Position numbers and translations under genes: made by a program. Source: Candidatus Poseidoniaceae archaeon (GTDB lineage: Archaea > Thermoplasmatota > Poseidoniia > Poseidoniales > Poseidoniaceae). From it: DNA of 64,000 nt. The notes below the pieces were generated by a model. It saw only the letters and a program-made list of their open reading frames with translations. It was not told the DNA's origin and ran no database searches. Positions 9,329 to 18,755 of this stretch are shown here, one piece after another; within the stretch, counting starts at the first letter, position 1, and the number at the start of each line of letters is the position of its first letter. The DNA is taken from the NCBI GenBank assembly GCA_028821785.1, contig JAPKFC010000002.1, positions 2,929 to 66,928 on the forward strand, given 5' to 3'.

Positions 9329-9613
9329 TTGATGGGCTATACTACAGGTCAAAACATGGTGCAAGGCGAAGATGTGATGACGAGACTTTCAGGTCTCGAG
9401 GTCTATCTCCCAGATGGGCGCCGTCTCGGTCTTGTTCACGATGCAGTCATCGATGAAAATACAATGCAATGCACCCACTTATTCGTTAGAGAAACCGACC
9501 CTCAATTAGTTGAGGGAAGTATCCACCTAGCCGTTCCATGGCGCTGGGTTAGAGGAATAGATCGTATCGTGGTATTACGCTGGTTCCCTGCAACTCCAAT
9601 ACCGCTCAACTGA
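9329..9613 (+). CDS. PRC-barrel domain protein
   Basis: LSGLEVYLPDGRRLGLVHDAVIDENT is the PRC barrel signature. Confidence 0.55.
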   Translation: MMGYTTGQNMVQGEDVMTRLSGLEVYLPDGRRLGLVHDAVIDENTMQCTHLFVRETDPQLVEGSIHLAVPWRWVRGIDRIVVLRWFPATPIPLN

Positions 9614-9614
9614 G

Positions 9615-10757
9615 GTGAATTATTTGGCATTCGATGTTCACGTTCTTGGTACTGCTTCGGCCCGTCCTACATCCAAAAGACAAGTTAGTGGAAGCATCAT
9701 AAAATGTGATGAGGGTAATGTTGTTATCGATGCAGGTGAAGGTTTCCAAACACGATTCGCCAAGCAGCGCAAGAATCTGAAACTTTTTGAGAAAGGTACA
9801 ACTTTGAAAACAGTAAAAATTGATGCTGTATGTTTAACCCATGGGCATTTGGACCATACCTGGGGGTTATTGCCATGGTTACAGAGCATGAGTTTAGACA
9901 ATAGAGAGAGTCCATTATTGATATTGGGGCCTACTAGCGAGGAAGTATTCGACTCACTGTTGAATAATCAACAAATCCCTGACCAAGCACCTCCTGCAGA
10001 ATTGGCGCGCCAGTTTAGATATTGGCAATCATTAGGAGGGAATCATGAAGCCCTGACTTATCCAATCCGCTGGGTACTAGGGGATATTGAAAATAATCGC
10101 TGGCTAGAATTCGATGCACAACAAAACAGTGTTCATCAATTACAGGGTATGCCTCAACCTTCTAAATGGAAAAATAACAAACTTTGTCCTTTACAAACTA
10201 ATCATTCAGTTCCATCCTGTGCGTGGATGGTTGAATCAAAACCAAAATCAGGTACTTTCAATCGAATGAAGGCGGCAGAAAACCGACTTAATATTGAGCA
10301 AAAAGGGGCATTGGCTAGCGGCCAAGATATTGAATTGGATGATGGTACAAAATTACACGCTAGCGACTTTAGGGGTGAGCCTAAAAATGGCTTGCGCGTA
10401 ATAATCTCTGGAGATACTGCAGAACTATCAGCAGGAATTACAAATTTAGATAATTGTGATCTATTAATTCATGAGGCAACTTTCGTTGAAGATGCAGCAA
10501 AATGGGCTGATGATTTCTTGCATAGCACTGCTACTGGCGCCGCAAGAACAGCCGTTCAGTGTGGCGCTAGACACCTAGCGATAACCCATTACTCTTCTAG
10601 AATCAAAGATTCAGGAGAACCTTTGAAAGAGGCACAATCAATCCTACAAGATAGCGCAATTTCTTGCTCAGCACTTTCAGATGGTGATAGAATAATTGTT
10701 GAAAATGATGGCCAAATTGTCCATCTATTTTGGAACGGTAATGGCTGGAGTCGTTGA
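9615..10757 (+). CDS. rnz: ribonuclease Z (tRNA 3' endonuclease, MBL fold) with a long internal insertion
   Basis: HxHxDH motif LTHGHLDHTWG, and the C-terminal motifs LLIHEATF and HSTATG...ITHYSSR. The ~100-aa insertion is consistent with an RNase Z flexible arm. Confidence 0.65.
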   Translation: MNYLAFDVHVLGTASARPTSKRQVSGSIIKCDEGNVVIDAGEGFQTRFAKQRKNLKLFEKGTTLKTVKIDAVCLTHGHLDHTWGLLPWLQSMSLDNRESPLLILGPTSEEVFDSLLNNQQIPDQAPPAELARQFRYWQSLGGNHEALTYPIRWVLGDIENNRWLEFDAQQNSVHQLQGMPQPSKWKNNKLCPLQTNHSVPSCAWMVESKPKSGTFNRMKAAENRLNIEQKGALASGQDIELDDGTKLHASDFRGEPKNGLRVIISGDTAELSAGITNLDNCDLLIHEATFVEDAAKWADDFLHSTATGAARTAVQCGARHLAITHYSSRIKDSGEPLKEAQSILQDSAISCSALSDGDRIIVENDGQIVHLFWNGNGWSR

Positions 10758-10803
10758 TTCAAGCAAGCAAACCATTGAAGTGTGTTAAGGCGAGGGCCAA
10801 ATC

Positions 10804-13212
10804 ATGCAATCTCGCATCGTTGCTCTGATACTGGTCATCATGATGATTTGGCCTTCTGCGATTGCAGCCGAATCAGGGCGAGCAACTCCTAATTGCTTAC
10901 AGCAAGATATCTCAAGCATTCCAGGCTCTATTGGAATAGATAGTGGAGTTTGTGTCAAAGTGGATTTAGGACAATTACAATCAGGAGATGTCTATCAATT
11001 TGATATAACAATCTTACAATCTATCGACCTATTACTGTTTGATGAGAATGGAGTCCAAACATATGACTTAGGCCAATCATATCGCAACGCCTTTGAACAG
11101 ATTGTAAGCACAGAAAATGCGGAAGGACAATACCAATTCAATTGGCAAGTTCCAGCATCTATTACTGCAAAAACATGGTACGTTATCCTAGATAACTTGG
11201 CTCATGATGGAGACCAAGGCATGGGTGACCAAGGTGGAAATCAATCACAGGTCTCTATTTCTGTAGATAAAATGGACCAATCTTATTGGACACCATTCCA
11301 CAATTTGATTCAGATGGATAACCAAAGTAGTCAAGTGCTATTATCTGGTGATGATTTGAAATTAGACGCAGGAACTTCGATCGTTATTTCTGCCTGGGCT
11401 TTGCAAGGACAAGCTGATGTATATTTACAAACAAAGCAAATGTACGACCTGTATACAAGTGGTGGCGTTGGTTCACTATATGTTAACGGTGGAGATTTGC
11501 AAAATGTGGCGGATTCCGCTTCTATGACTTGGTTGGTCCCTGCAGAATTAGATGGCCAAGAATTGGTTGTTATCGCAGATAATACCGATACCCCGGTGGG
11601 TGGTGGCGATGGAAGCGAAGAGGTTAGAATGACGGTTAGAGTTGAGTTAGCACCACCTCTAAATCCAATCATTGCTGCTGAAGACAATTCTACAGTGGCA
11701 ATAGGACAATCAATTACATTGAATGCAGATTTAACTCCGAATAAGTTACAACAAATCGATACATTGAGTTGGGATTTTTATTCCGCTGATGGTTTGGCAA
11801 ATGATGATGCTAATGGATGGGAAGTTGAAGCCACTTGGCAAACCCCTGGTGTCAAAACAGTAACCCTAACCGCGACTTCACAAACTGGAGAAATCGCTCA
11901 AACAAATCATTCGATTACAGTGATTGATGTCGTAGACCCAGTTGCTAGGATTACCGGCAGTGGATTGCCGGTCAGTAATGGATGGAGAGTAAATATTGAC
12001 GAATCTATTTCTTTCAATTGTGATTCAAGTACTGATGATTACACAGAATTGACTTGCGCATGGACTTACGATGGTTCACCATATGGCCAAAACAATTCAA
12101 TTCTTCTAAGTTGGAATGACATTGGTAGCCACAGTATTGGGCTAACAGTTTCAGATGGAGCGGGAAATACAAATTCAGTGATGACTAGCGTGATTGTCTT
12201 AGATACAACACTTCCAAAACTCGACTCATCCAGTCTTGAAGGATTTGCATCTGCTGGAACGGTTGGAGAAAAACTTACTTTCACAGTTTCAGCCACAGAT
12301 TCCTATGATGATGTCACCGATTTACGTTATCACTGGGATTTGCAACCGAGCAGGGACACTGATAACAATGGAAATCCTAGGGATGATGCAGATTTAGTCG
12401 GATATAAAACTAGTATTACTTTCAATAAAATTGGTCGTAATGAAGTAGTCCTAACCGTATTTGATGAATCAAATAATTCAGATTCACACGCCTTTGCAGT
12501 CAATGTAGCATCGGCGCCAATACAAGAAGGACTCACTCCGATTCTGTTTTTGGTTCTATTTGTTGTAGCGATTACATCTGCAGTTGCAATCTTGGGTCAT
12601 AGAAGGTGGCAATCTCGGATAGCAAGTGAAATATTGTTGGGAAGAGGATTATCCGAAGCAGAAGTGATTGTTCACATGGCTACTGTGAAGCAAACTAGAG
12701 CGTTACCATTATTTGCCAGTGCTACCCAATTAGCAGGGTTAGATGCAGGAGAAGTACAATCAAGTTCCGATATAGAATTAGCAGAGAAGGAAGCAGAATT
12801 ACAGTCAATATATGGTAATGAAAATACTGCAGACCTTGGATTTGCAAGTAATAGCGGCTTCTCTCAAGCACCTCAAATGAGTGCAGGAAGTCTTTCCTCA
12901 GCAGCAGAAGCATCAGCACTATTGCAAGAAGATGCAGGTTCTGCACCACAACCGATCCAAAATGAAGCACCTAAAGCGTTGGTTGAGAGTGGTGGAATTG
13001 CTCTTCCTGAAGGAGTATCTAGTACACGTCCTGTAGTTGTAGAACAACAAGTTCCCGTAGTTGTAGAACCACAAATTGCTGCAGTTGCAACAGAACTGAA
13101 CTGCGTTTGCGAATCTTGTGGAGCAGGATTTGAGATCACGCTCCCAGCTGGTGTTCCTAAAGCAGTTGTAGCGTGTCCATCTTGTCAAGTGGACAATTTG
13201 ATTGGCGCATAA
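10804..13212 (+). CDS. large secreted surface protein (PKD/Ig-like repeats) with a C-terminal TM helix and a cytoplasmic zinc-ribbon tail
   Basis: Signal peptide MQSRIVALILVIMMIWPSAIAAES, a TM helix (ILFLVLFVVAITSAVAILG) and a terminal CVCESCGAGFEITLPAGVPKAVVACPSCQ motif. Confidence 0.7.
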   Translation: MQSRIVALILVIMMIWPSAIAAESGRATPNCLQQDISSIPGSIGIDSGVCVKVDLGQLQSGDVYQFDITILQSIDLLLFDENGVQTYDLGQSYRNAFEQIVSTENAEGQYQFNWQVPASITAKTWYVILDNLAHDGDQGMGDQGGNQSQVSISVDKMDQSYWTPFHNLIQMDNQSSQVLLSGDDLKLDAGTSIVISAWALQGQADVYLQTKQMYDLYTSGGVGSLYVNGGDLQNVADSASMTWLVPAELDGQELVVIADNTDTPVGGGDGSEEVRMTVRVELAPPLNPIIAAEDNSTVAIGQSITLNADLTPNKLQQIDTLSWDFYSADGLANDDANGWEVEATWQTPGVKTVTLTATSQTGEIAQTNHSITVIDVVDPVARITGSGLPVSNGWRVNIDESISFNCDSSTDDYTELTCAWTYDGSPYGQNNSILLSWNDIGSHSIGLTVSDGAGNTNSVMTSVIVLDTTLPKLDSSSLEGFASAGTVGEKLTFTVSATDSYDDVTDLRYHWDLQPSRDTDNNGNPRDDADLVGYKTSITFNKIGRNEVVLTVFDESNNSDSHAFAVNVASAPIQEGLTPILFLVLFVVAITSAVAILGHRRWQSRIASEILLGRGLSEAEVIVHMATVKQTRALPLFASATQLAGLDAGEVQSSSDIELAEKEAELQSIYGNENTADLGFASNSGFSQAPQMSAGSLSSAAEASALLQEDAGSAPQPIQNEAPKALVESGGIALPEGVSSTRPVVVEQQVPVVVEPQIAAVATELNCVCESCGAGFEITLPAGVPKAVVACPSCQVDNLIGA

Positions 13213-13331
13213 CCAAAAGCCCATTAGGGGGCTGTGAAGCAGTTTTGACATCTACTATGAATTACTGAAATGGCCCTAGAAGTATGCAAAGAGGCGAATG
13301 TTTCTCATAGGTGTTAATCTTCCTTTAGTAT

Positions 13332-16300
13332 ATGGATGAGCGGAAGCCTCGCTTGATACGCCAAGGTTTGCCACAAAAGGCAGACCCTAGGCGAATGTCA
13401 ATTTTCCTCGTCTTGGTAATGATGTCTTCAATCGCAGTACCTGTCAATGCAGATGTTAGCGTAGCAACAGATGACTTCGGAGTTCTTGATGCTCTTGCCC
13501 AAACATTGGCAGACAGGGAACAGAGCGGTGAATCATTAATTGCTGTCCAAGGTGCAGATAATTCCTTGGCCTATGTTGATGCTGCTGCGAGACCAATTAC
13601 TACTAGTGATGCATTAAGTGAAGCGGATAGTTATCTCGAGGACATCGATATGCGAGATTCTACGCCGTATGAGGCAGATCATCCTAGGCCGTATCAATTT
13701 CTAATTGGAGAGGCTACACATCCAGATGGATGGCCTTACAATCTGTATGAAACTTTATTTTCAACTGAACAATTTGCATCAGACAATTTATTGGGCATTG
13801 GAATAAATACCTATGCAATTTATGTTAATTTTTCTTCAAGGAACGATGGGCCATCACATGAGGCTTGGGATTCAGGTACATTCACAGGTGAAATTTTCAC
13901 CGCCTCTGGTGGATTAGCGTTATTTGAAAATTATATTGATGTTGATGGTGATGGCATCGATGACCTTTCTGTTGCATTAACGGTTGAGGGAATTACCACA
14001 CTCGGTGAAGGAATCGGGGTTGAATTCAGTGATGATATAATCCCTCTTATCGAGGAGATTTGGATACGGCCGACTTTCAAATGGCAGGTAACCACTCTCA
14101 ATCAAAATGATCCATTATGGAATGAACTTGCACATTTAGAAGTCAGCCTAATGAAGGGGTTGGCCTTTGATATTACCTTTGATGATTCAGAATCTTATGC
14201 AATAGTAATCGATACACGTTTCACTCAGCCCCCTAATGATTTTTCATTAGGAGTCGGAATTCAAAAGATGACATTTGATGTCAATGCCGCTTTCACCAGT
14301 GCCTTTGCACTGATAGCAGCGTTAATAGGCGGACAAGTCAACTCATCCGAACTAACATTGACTGCAGTATCAGCACCTTATGCGTTAAGAATTGTCAATC
14401 CAAACCACGATTCTTCAAATCTTCAAACCGATTGTGAAGATGATAATTATTTTGACCCAATCAATGACCATATGGCAGAATCCCGTATGCACAAATGTGG
14501 ATTTAGTGTCGGCATTGGCTATGTTCACTTTGGGCAACAAAACCCCGGAGGGTCTGTTCCAGTTTTGGAATTGGCATATGTCGATGTAGGTTTCCATCCC
14601 GAACAAGGTTCAACATTACTTCCAGGGGAAGTAGATTTAACTTTGAGAAATGACAATTTTGGTAAGAACTCATTTGACACAGTAGAGATTTATTCTGATA
14701 CCGGTATAGACCTTTATGTCCATTATTATGAAGATAGGTCCGAGGTTCCAGAAGGAGATTTACCATTTGGAAACATCACCGATTCAAGGGCTTGGATTAG
14801 AGGATTACCGTCAGGTTCCCTACATGGCGATGAAATAAATGCAATTTTCACCATGATTGGAGAAGCACCGGGGTCTGCCAACCTTCCAGGGGATATGCCA
14901 ACTAGATTGTCACTGATTATTGCAATTAAAAATTTCACAGATGACAAAGATGGAAATGTCAATGACCCAACATTACCAGTGAACCCAAGCAGCCCGCCAA
15001 ATACATTAATCGCCATTGTTGGAACCGAATCAATAGATAGATTGGAATACAAATCAACTTTCATGAGAGGCGGCTATGCTAATGATTCATCATCTCTGCA
15101 AGTAGCTATTGATAATGTACCTAAAGCAATAGTTGTACAGGGTAGTTTCTTAGTTCCAAGCAGCGGTCTTGGAAGAATCAATTTCGATAATCCAAATTTA
15201 AACTCAGTCGCACAAGTTTTCGATAACGCACTACTCTCAATCGTTGAAATCATCTTGGATATTGGTGATGTTGTTAATGGCTTACCATCTTCTATTGTAG
15301 GGACAGCAGGTTCAAGCGGTGGTGAAGTCAATGTCAATTGTTACAATCAAATAAAGCAGAGTTTACCAACATCGGTAAGAGAACCGATGGAGATTGGTAG
15401 CCTGGAATTAGCAATCTCCTCCTCAGACCAACCTTGGCTTCCTGAAATGGATCACATTCTACTTTCCCAAGATATGGAGTTGGATGTTGTAGCCGGTAGG
15501 CTAGGTAGCCAACCACCACTAGTACCTATTGCAATCAGCATAAAAATTGGTGGTATAAGTCACATTAGGCATGCCTTTGACTCCGTAAATGAAATCAGAA
15601 ATATGGAATTAGATGGTATTGAAGGTGGGCCATTATTGATTGGTCATATCAAACATCATGGCACTGTATTTGATGATGCAGTACAACAATCAGCAACGGT
15701 TTCAAATCGTCCTAGCAGTTTTTCCGTTGTCCAAACAGATTCTGAATTATCATATTCGGCAAGCACCCCTATCGGCACTATCACCTATGGCGGCACAGCC
15801 GGAGAGCAAAGAAATGCAATACGTCTTGCTGGACTTCCAGCCTCATTTTCTATATTACTGGGAGATACAATCGGTTATGTTGCTAGCGAACCGATGGATT
15901 CAATCCAAATTCAAATGACAAATGCATCACAACCATTGACTATGGATGGAGATCATTTCAGATATTGGGTTGATGAAAACAATGGTGAAGCAAGTCTTAG
16001 TGCTCAGATTTCCAATGTTACTAGTCTGCAAAGATTGTCACCTCTTGTACCATCTGCTAGCGGTCCCGAAGGTAATTCTCGAATACAATTATTACGTTCT
16101 AGTTCATCACCATTTAACGTACTGATGGAGGATGTTTCAATTTACGATGATCCATTTTTGGGCCTTAATGGTAAGGCAAGGCTTGACCCATTACCTGCAA
16201 ATATCACCATGGCATATCCAAGTTCAGTAGATTCAACAAATCTACAACTACCCGACTTTGGAGATGGTGAAGGAATTGAAGCAGTATCATTCTTTTTGGG

Positions 16301-17996
16301 CGATCTTGTCGACTTTGGAACAGTCGTAAATGATTTCATTCATTCCATGTCAATGGATTTAGCAGGAACATCAGGAAACAATGCAGATATGGCAATCGGT
16401 TTGAATCTAGAAACAGGTGAAGAATTTGATATTACTGCAGATTTCATTAAAGGCACAAATGTTGACAATGTTCCTACTTGGCAGCATGGCTTATCAATGG
16501 AAGTTGAAGAACAAACTCGTATAATCTTTAATCTGTCAAGAATGCCAACATTTACTCTTTCCAGCCGTCAAGTTGTCAATTCTGCATTAGAAGATGGCAT
16601 GATTAGTAGCGATGAGGCAGATGCTGTAGTCAGCGCACTAGAGGCAGCAAATATCACCGATTCCCGAATATTGGTTAATTCACTTTTAGATTCTGTCATC
16701 ACAGATGAAGAAATCGCTCGTGTAAATTTATCAAAATGGCAACAACAAGGAATCACCATTGAAGATAGACGGGCATGGCATATTCGCTCATGGTTGCCGA
16801 ATTTACCACCTGGAACGATTCTAATAGAATATGATTTCAGAACACTTGATGGTATTCCAACCTATGAATTAGATATTGAATTAGACCAATGGCAACCTGA
16901 ACGCCAGCAATTGACATTCGAAGTAAATGGGTTTGATGGAAAAGATTTGAAATTAGTCTTAGATGGACTTGATAATCAAAAACCTAACAATGTGGTCGCC
17001 AATGCAGTATTTTCTACACAAGATAATCTAACTGTACCGCGTGTTACAGTTGATATGCACTATGATATTGGAGCAAGATTAAATTCAGCACATGCGATCT
17101 TTATTGATAAACATGTTATGAACCGGATTGAGGCACTTATCATCGGTGTTCCTCAATCCACCGATTTTTCAGCAACGATTGGTGATGTATTGCTAGTCGA
17201 TATCGAAGTGCCAATAGAATACCGCATAGACGAGCATTCAGCAGATGCAATCATGTTGCAATCGATGAGGTATATTGACGGCTTTTGGTGGCCTGCCACA
17301 GTTTTCATGAGAGATTTACCTGGAGTTATGCAACTGAAAGCGCAACCTCAACTTGTGTTTGACATCCGCGAAATGACTTCTTTCCAAGGAATGATGAGTT
17401 TAGATTATACTTCGAATACAGATGATATGGACTTGTATCTGGAAGCAAATGGAAGAGCGATTGACTCCAAAGGTGATGTTTTGATGTTGGCTGAGGATTT
17501 ACCGAGGCGCTTCGAACTTGTACCAACTGAAGACTGGGGTATGAAGGTTGATTCATCCGGTGTTGGAGTCAAACGAGTATATATCCGTCAAAGCAATGTT
17601 CCAAGTACACCAGGAGTTACAATTGACAGAATTGAAATTGTTGGACAGGATTTGAAATCTGCAACAATTCATATTTATGAAGGCCCGTTCAAGTATCCAA
17701 TTATTGTCTTGGATGATATTACCAATGGCAGAATAATAGTAAGTGCGCAGGCTACAATAGAGCCAGGATTTTACTATCCATCATTAGATGGCGTTGTTCT
17801 AGATGGTAGGGCAGTTCTTCTTGATGCACAATTCACTGGAGTAATACCAACAGCGTCTTCTTTAGGTGTCAATGGAATTGTTACTGACCTTTCATTGGTT
17901 GGAACACTGACGGGTGGTGCTGTTGAAACAAGACACATCATGGTCATCGAACCGTTGACTACAATGCTTGCTTCAGGCTTAATGCTACTAGGGTGA
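13332..17996 (+). CDS. giant secreted surface protein (1554 aa), hypothetical
   Basis: The signal peptide begins at internal Met (MSIFLVLVMMSSIAVPVNA). Long unbroken ORF, acidic and T/S/N-rich, with a hydrophobic C-terminus (MLASGLMLLG). Confidence 0.7.
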   Translation: MDERKPRLIRQGLPQKADPRRMSIFLVLVMMSSIAVPVNADVSVATDDFGVLDALAQTLADREQSGESLIAVQGADNSLAYVDAAARPITTSDALSEADSYLEDIDMRDSTPYEADHPRPYQFLIGEATHPDGWPYNLYETLFSTEQFASDNLLGIGINTYAIYVNFSSRNDGPSHEAWDSGTFTGEIFTASGGLALFENYIDVDGDGIDDLSVALTVEGITTLGEGIGVEFSDDIIPLIEEIWIRPTFKWQVTTLNQNDPLWNELAHLEVSLMKGLAFDITFDDSESYAIVIDTRFTQPPNDFSLGVGIQKMTFDVNAAFTSAFALIAALIGGQVNSSELTLTAVSAPYALRIVNPNHDSSNLQTDCEDDNYFDPINDHMAESRMHKCGFSVGIGYVHFGQQNPGGSVPVLELAYVDVGFHPEQGSTLLPGEVDLTLRNDNFGKNSFDTVEIYSDTGIDLYVHYYEDRSEVPEGDLPFGNITDSRAWIRGLPSGSLHGDEINAIFTMIGEAPGSANLPGDMPTRLSLIIAIKNFTDDKDGNVNDPTLPVNPSSPPNTLIAIVGTESIDRLEYKSTFMRGGYANDSSSLQVAIDNVPKAIVVQGSFLVPSSGLGRINFDNPNLNSVAQVFDNALLSIVEIILDIGDVVNGLPSSIVGTAGSSGGEVNVNCYNQIKQSLPTSVREPMEIGSLELAISSSDQPWLPEMDHILLSQDMELDVVAGRLGSQPPLVPIAISIKIGGISHIRHAFDSVNEIRNMELDGIEGGPLLIGHIKHHGTVFDDAVQQSATVSNRPSSFSVVQTDSELSYSASTPIGTITYGGTAGEQRNAIRLAGLPASFSILLGDTIGYVASEPMDSIQIQMTNASQPLTMDGDHFRYWVDENNGEASLSAQISNVTSLQRLSPLVPSASGPEGNSRIQLLRSSSSPFNVLMEDVSIYDDPFLGLNGKARLDPLPANITMAYPSSVDSTNLQLPDFGDGEGIEAVSFFLGDLVDFGTVVNDFIHSMSMDLAGTSGNNADMAIGLNLETGEEFDITADFIKGTNVDNVPTWQHGLSMEVEEQTRIIFNLSRMPTFTLSSRQVVNSALEDGMISSDEADAVVSALEAANITDSRILVNSLLDSVITDEEIARVNLSKWQQQGITIEDRRAWHIRSWLPNLPPGTILIEYDFRTLDGIPTYELDIELDQWQPERQQLTFEVNGFDGKDLKLVLDGLDNQKPNNVVANAVFSTQDNLTVPRVTVDMHYDIGARLNSAHAIFIDKHVMNRIEALIIGVPQSTDFSATIGDVLLVDIEVPIEYRIDEHSADAIMLQSMRYIDGFWWPATVFMRDLPGVMQLKAQPQLVFDIREMTSFQGMMSLDYTSNTDDMDLYLEANGRAIDSKGDVLMLAEDLPRRFELVPTEDWGMKVDSSGVGVKRVYIRQSNVPSTPGVTIDRIEIVGQDLKSATIHIYEGPFKYPIIVLDDITNGRIIVSAQATIEPGFYYPSLDGVVLDGRAVLLDAQFTGVIPTASSLGVNGIVTDLSLVGTLTGGAVETRHIMVIEPLTTMLASGLMLLG

Positions 17997-18000
17997 TTAC

Positions 18001-18681
18001 ATGACAGATAGATCGGAATCAAAGGAAATCGCAGTGGGCCAAGACGGCGAACTGTTAGTTCATGAGGATGACATCACAGAGACCGGTGGATTAATGGCTA
18101 GAGGTTTGGATAAACAAGCTGAATTGGGAGCATTTGACAGCGATAATGAAGAGGATAGAGAGGATTGGGAATACGCCCAAGAAGCAGCAAAGAGTCTTCG
18201 TGACAAAGTGATTGAAGTCGACCCGTATCAAGTGGTGCTGGCAGGTTTTGTAATCCTCTTGATGATCGGAGTTGTCCTCAGTGGATGGTACTGGGTACTG
18301 CCACGAGATTCAGTAGTTCTTGAAACACATTACAAACAACGTGGTGGACATTTGATGATGTCCGAATTAACCAATGATGGTAGTAGGGAAATCACCGATG
18401 TTGTAATCCATGTAGAATTCCAAGATGTTGATGGTTTAGTTCTAGATCAAATGAGAATTGAATTGGATAAAGTTTCAGCCCATGCCTCCATAGCAGGAGA
18501 TGATTTGGAAATGCTAGTTTCTGGTTATACAATTTGGGATAATTACATAGTTCATACGCATATAGAATGGACCGATTACAATGGCGATGACAATCGTCAA
18601 GACTGGTATCATTATGTTGGTCATTGGTCAAGTGAAATATTCATTGATGAAGGCGATAAAAGCACTTGGCCCTTCTCTTGA
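18001..18681 (+). CDS. hypothetical acidic single-pass membrane protein
   Basis: One TM helix (VVLAGFVILLMIGVVLSGWYWVL). It starts 5 nt after the stop of the upstream giant gene. Confidence 0.45.
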   Translation: MTDRSESKEIAVGQDGELLVHEDDITETGGLMARGLDKQAELGAFDSDNEEDREDWEYAQEAAKSLRDKVIEVDPYQVVLAGFVILLMIGVVLSGWYWVLPRDSVVLETHYKQRGGHLMMSELTNDGSREITDVVIHVEFQDVDGLVLDQMRIELDKVSAHASIAGDDLEMLVSGYTIWDNYIVHTHIEWTDYNGDDNRQDWYHYVGHWSSEIFIDEGDKSTWPFS

Positions 18682-18755
18682 TTATGTTTTATTTTGACAT
18701 GCTATGCAATCATTGCACCCGAAGCGATAAAGCGGGGCAGTTCAGCCCTTAACTT

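Noticed and set aside
13027-13074. Near-tandem 21-24-nt repeat (cctgtagttgtagaacaacaa / gttcccgtagttgtagaaccacaa) inside the 10804 gene
   Set aside because: It encodes a PVVVEQQ/PVVVEPQ duplication in a low-complexity cytoplasmic tail. It is not an independent element.
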